Positions 61,091-64,000 of a DNA stretch of 64,000 nucleotides are shown in pieces. A program made the translations under genes and the position numbers. The number at the start of each line of letters is the position of its first letter. Position 1 is the stretch's first letter. Below the pieces are notes generated by a model that saw nothing but the letters and a program-made list of their open reading frames with translations, searched no databases and was not told the DNA's origin. The stretch comes from an uncultured Spiribacter sp. (GTDB taxonomy: Bacteria > Pseudomonadota > Gammaproteobacteria > Nitrococcales > Nitrococcaceae), in assembly GCA_937884605.1 (NCBI GenBank), contig CALGDM010000007.1, forward strand, positions 6,714 through 70,713, in the 5' to 3' direction.

Positions 61091-63928
61091 ATGAGTGGTC
61101 CTTTCGAACAGTCGCTCAGTCACTCCTATCTCAACGGTGCCAACGCCAACTTCATCGAAGCACTGTACGAGAAATACCTCGAGGACGCCGACGCGGTCGA
61201 ACCGCGCTGGCGGGATTACTTCCGCGATCTCGAGGCGCTGGATCCCGACGGCCGCCGCGACGTGCCCCATACCCCGATCCGCGAAGCCTTCGAGGAAATC
61301 GGCCGCAGCAGCCGCCGGGGCCGCGCGCGCATCGCCAGCGAGGGCATGGATGCCGTGGCCGCGCAAAAGCAGGCGGCGGTTCTGCGCCTGATCAATGCCT
61401 ATCGCGTGCGCGGGCATCAGCATGCCGATACCGATCCGCTGCACCTGCGCGAACATCCGCAGGTCCCGGATCTGGATCCGGAATTTCACGGCCTCACCGA
61501 CGCCGATCTCGATACGGAATTCAACACCGGTTCGCTGGCGGCACCCGACCGGCTGACCCTGCGCGAGATTCTCGATCTGGTGCAGCGCGTCTACTCGGGC
61601 AAGATCGGCTCGGAGTACATGCACATCACGGATACCGCGCAGAAGCGCTGGATCCAGGAGCGGCTCGAGAAGCCGCAGGCACGCCCCCATCTCAGTGCCG
61701 ATGAGAAAAAGGCCCTGCTCAACCGTCTGACCGCCGCCGAAGGCATCGAGAAGTACCTCAACAGCAAGTATGTCGGTCAGAAGCGGTTTTCGCTGGAAGG
61801 CGGCGAGGCGACGCTGCCCATCCTCGATGAAATCGTTCAGCGCGGCGGTCGCGACGGGGTCGAGGAAATGGTGCTGGGCATGGCCCATCGCGGCCGCCTG
61901 AATGTGCTCATCAACCTGATGGGCAAGTCCCCGGCCGAGCTGTTTGCCGAGTTCGAGGGCGAGCACGCCCCGGAACATGCCAGCGCCGGCGATGTGAAAT
62001 ACCACATGGGTTATTCCTCGGACATCGACACGCCCGGTGGCCCGCTGCATCTGGCGCTGGCCTTCAACCCCTCCCACCTCGAGATCGTCAATCCGGTGGT
62101 CGAGGGATCGGCCCGCGCCCGTATGCACCGCCACGATGACGAGGACGGCCGCTCGGTACTGCCGGTGCTCATCCACGGTGACGCGGCCATGGCCGGCCAG
62201 GGCGTGGTCATGGAGACCCTGCAGCTGTCCCAGGCGCGGGGCTTTTACACCGGCGGCACGGTCCATCTGGTGATCAACAACCAGATCGGCTTTACCACCT
62301 CGAACCCGCTGGATACGCGCTCGACGTTCTACTGCACTGAAGTGGCCAAGATGGTTCAGGCGCCGATCTTTCACGTCAACGGCGACGACCCCGAAGCGGT
62401 GCTGTTCGTCACTCAGCTGGCGATGGACTACCGGCGTGAGTTTCACTCCGACGTGGTCATCGACCTGATCTGCTACCGCCGCCATGGCCATAACGAGGCC
62501 GACGAGCCCTCGGCGACCCAGCCGATGATGTATCAGAAGATCAAGGCGCGGCCGTCGGTGCGCAAGCTCTACGCCGATCAGCTGACCGACGAGGGCGTCA
62601 TCGACCGTGACGGGGCCCGCGCCATGGAGCGCGAATACCGGGACGCCCTGGACGCCGCCCAGGTGGTGGCGCCGGGCGCGCTCGAGGAGCAGGACAACGA
62701 GTTCACCGTCGACTGGTCGCCCTACTTTGACGCGCGCTGGGACGAGCCCGTGGACACCACGCTGTCGGTGGATCGGATCCGCTCGCTGCAGGAGAAGCTG
62801 CAGTGGCTGCCCGAGGGCTTCGAACTCAACCCGCGGGTGGCGACGGTCATGGAAAGCCGGCGCAAGATGGCGGCCGGCGCGCTGGCGATGGACTGGGGCT
62901 TTGCCGAGACCATGGCCTACGCCGGGTTGCTTGAGGAAGGCCATTGCGTGCGCCTGACCGGTCAGGATTCGGGGCGGGGGACATTCTTTCACCGCAACTC
63001 GGTGCTGCATAACGCCGCCGATGGCTCCACCCATACGCCGCTCAAGACCATCCCGGCCGAGCGCGATGATTTTGTGGTGATCGACTCGCTGCTCTCCGAG
63101 GAGGCCGTGCTTGGCTTCGAGTACGGCTATGCCACCGCGGATCCGCGCACCATGGTGATCTGGGAGGCGCAGTTCGGCGACTTCAGCAATGGCGCACAGG
63201 TGCTCATCGATCAGTTCATTGCCTCGGGCGAGACCAAGTGGGGCCGGCTCTGCGGGCTCACGCTCTACCTGCCCCACGGCTACGAGGGCCAGGGCCCGGA
63301 GCATTCCTCGGCGCGCATCGAGCGCTTTCTGCAGCTCTGCGCCGAGCAGAACATCCAGGTCTGTGTGCCCTCCACGCCGGCCCAGTTCTTCCACATGATC
63401 CGCCGGCAGATGCTGCGTCACTGGCGCAAGCCGCTGGTGGTAATGACGCCCAAGAGCCTGCTCCGGCACAAGCTCTCGACATCGGTGCTCGACGACCTGT
63501 CGGGGGGGCACTTTCAGGTGGTCATCGACGACACCGAAGGGGTGCGGCCCAGCAACGTCCAGCGGGTGGTGCTGTGCAGCGGCAAGGTCTACTACGACCT
63601 GCTCGAGGAGCGCCGCCAGCAGGGACGCAGCGATGTCGCGCTGATCCGCGTCGAGCAGCTCTACCCCTTCCCCGAGGCGCAGCTCTCGGCGTTGCTGAAG
63701 CGGCGCTACAAGACGGTGAAGTCAGTGGTCTGGTGTCAGGAAGAGCCCAAGAACCAGGGCGCCTGGTATCAGATCTATCACCATCTGACCCATTGCATCG
63801 CCCGCGATCAGAAGCTGACCTACGCGGGTCGCGATCCGCTGGCCTCGCCGGCGGTCGGCTACGCCAAGGTGCATTTCGAACAGCAGCGCCGCCTGGTGGC
63901 GGATGCGCTCGGCAAGGTTCACGGATAA
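61091..63928 (+). CDS. sucA: 2-oxoglutarate dehydrogenase E1 component
   Basis: 945 aa with SYLNGANANFIEALYEKYL, AYRVRGH, GMAHRGRLNVL, GDAAMAGQGVV and WEAQFGDF.NGAQ. Confidence 0.95.
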   Translation: MSGPFEQSLSHSYLNGANANFIEALYEKYLEDADAVEPRWRDYFRDLEALDPDGRRDVPHTPIREAFEEIGRSSRRGRARIASEGMDAVAAQKQAAVLRLINAYRVRGHQHADTDPLHLREHPQVPDLDPEFHGLTDADLDTEFNTGSLAAPDRLTLREILDLVQRVYSGKIGSEYMHITDTAQKRWIQERLEKPQARPHLSADEKKALLNRLTAAEGIEKYLNSKYVGQKRFSLEGGEATLPILDEIVQRGGRDGVEEMVLGMAHRGRLNVLINLMGKSPAELFAEFEGEHAPEHASAGDVKYHMGYSSDIDTPGGPLHLALAFNPSHLEIVNPVVEGSARARMHRHDDEDGRSVLPVLIHGDAAMAGQGVVMETLQLSQARGFYTGGTVHLVINNQIGFTTSNPLDTRSTFYCTEVAKMVQAPIFHVNGDDPEAVLFVTQLAMDYRREFHSDVVIDLICYRRHGHNEADEPSATQPMMYQKIKARPSVRKLYADQLTDEGVIDRDGARAMEREYRDALDAAQVVAPGALEEQDNEFTVDWSPYFDARWDEPVDTTLSVDRIRSLQEKLQWLPEGFELNPRVATVMESRRKMAAGALAMDWGFAETMAYAGLLEEGHCVRLTGQDSGRGTFFHRNSVLHNAADGSTHTPLKTIPAERDDFVVIDSLLSEEAVLGFEYGYATADPRTMVIWEAQFGDFSNGAQVLIDQFIASGETKWGRLCGLTLYLPHGYEGQGPEHSSARIERFLQLCAEQNIQVCVPSTPAQFFHMIRRQMLRHWRKPLVVMTPKSLLRHKLSTSVLDDLSGGHFQVVIDDTEGVRPSNVQRVVLCSGKVYYDLLEERRQQGRSDVALIRVEQLYPFPEAQLSALLKRRYKTVKSVVWCQEEPKNQGAWYQIYHHLTHCIARDQKLTYAGRDPLASPAVGYAKVHFEQQRRLVADALGKVHG

Positions 63929-63946
63929 AACAAGAGCGAGGAGTAG

Positions 63947-64000
63947 ATGAGCACCGAAGTCAAAGTACCGGCGCTGCCGGAATCGGTGAGTGAAGCCACC
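63947..64000 (+). CDS. sucB: 2-oxoglutarate dehydrogenase E2 (dihydrolipoyllysine-residue succinyltransferase), first 18 codons only
   Basis: The ATG at 63947 lies after GAGGAG. MSTEVKVPALPESVSEAT is the typical start of the SucB lipoyl domain, and the gene follows sucA directly. It is truncated by the window end. Confidence 0.8.
   Translation, partial: MSTEVKVPALPESVSEAT

Noticed and set aside
60938-63511. An 857-aa minus-strand ORF antisense to sucA.
   Set aside because: It is in the codon-complementary frame of sucA (offset 153 nt). The product is a low-complexity Gly/Arg/Leu/Ala/His-rich sequence, and the sucA homology on the plus strand is decisive.

Overview
This is a GC-rich chromosomal core region of gammaproteobacterial type (roughly two-thirds G+C by eye, not computed). 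It is coding almost wall to wall. I place 62 protein-coding genes, two of them cut by the window edges. I see no rRNA, tRNA, CRISPR array, IS or transposase, phage integrase, or toxin/defence-like module. The content is housekeeping, in this order: ntrC 3' end; trmL; gpsA-secB-yibN; envC-ctpA; ubiE-ubiJ-ubiB; hslVU; xerC-yigA-dapF-lysA-lptM; a carboxylesterase; argH; an AlgR-like regulator followed by hemC-hemD-hemX-hemY; qor; maeB; a YbfF-like hydrolase; the giant NAD-GDH gdhB; a KAS III-like gene; lpd-aceF-aceE; hemF; moaE-moaA; tsaC-topA-smg-dprA; def-fmt-rsmB; DUF4390-ntrY-ntrX; trkA-trkH; dtd; hisBHAFIE; tatABC; sucA and the first codons of sucB. Synteny resembles Pseudomonas-type and E. 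coli-type conserved blocks. I do not find a discrete candidate for a new biological system; this looks like ordinary, very compact core genome. The local anomalies worth a second look are: (1) a FabH-like protein that keeps the catalytic Cys but appears to lack the His/Asn pair, wedged between lpd and gdhB by start/stop overlap; (2) an 8-gene, 15.8-kb co-directional string joining pyruvate dehydrogenase, that KAS III-like gene, gdhB, an esterase, malic enzyme and a quinone oxidoreductase; (3) an orphan AlgR-like regulator whose receiver domain has lost the conserved phospho-acceptor residues; (4) four of five convergent gene junctions sharing their stop codons in the palindrome CTAG; (5) fmt with no ATG/GTG/TTG upstream of its conserved N-terminus. 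All functional calls come from my recognition of conserved motifs and gene order in the supplied translations. No database search was run.
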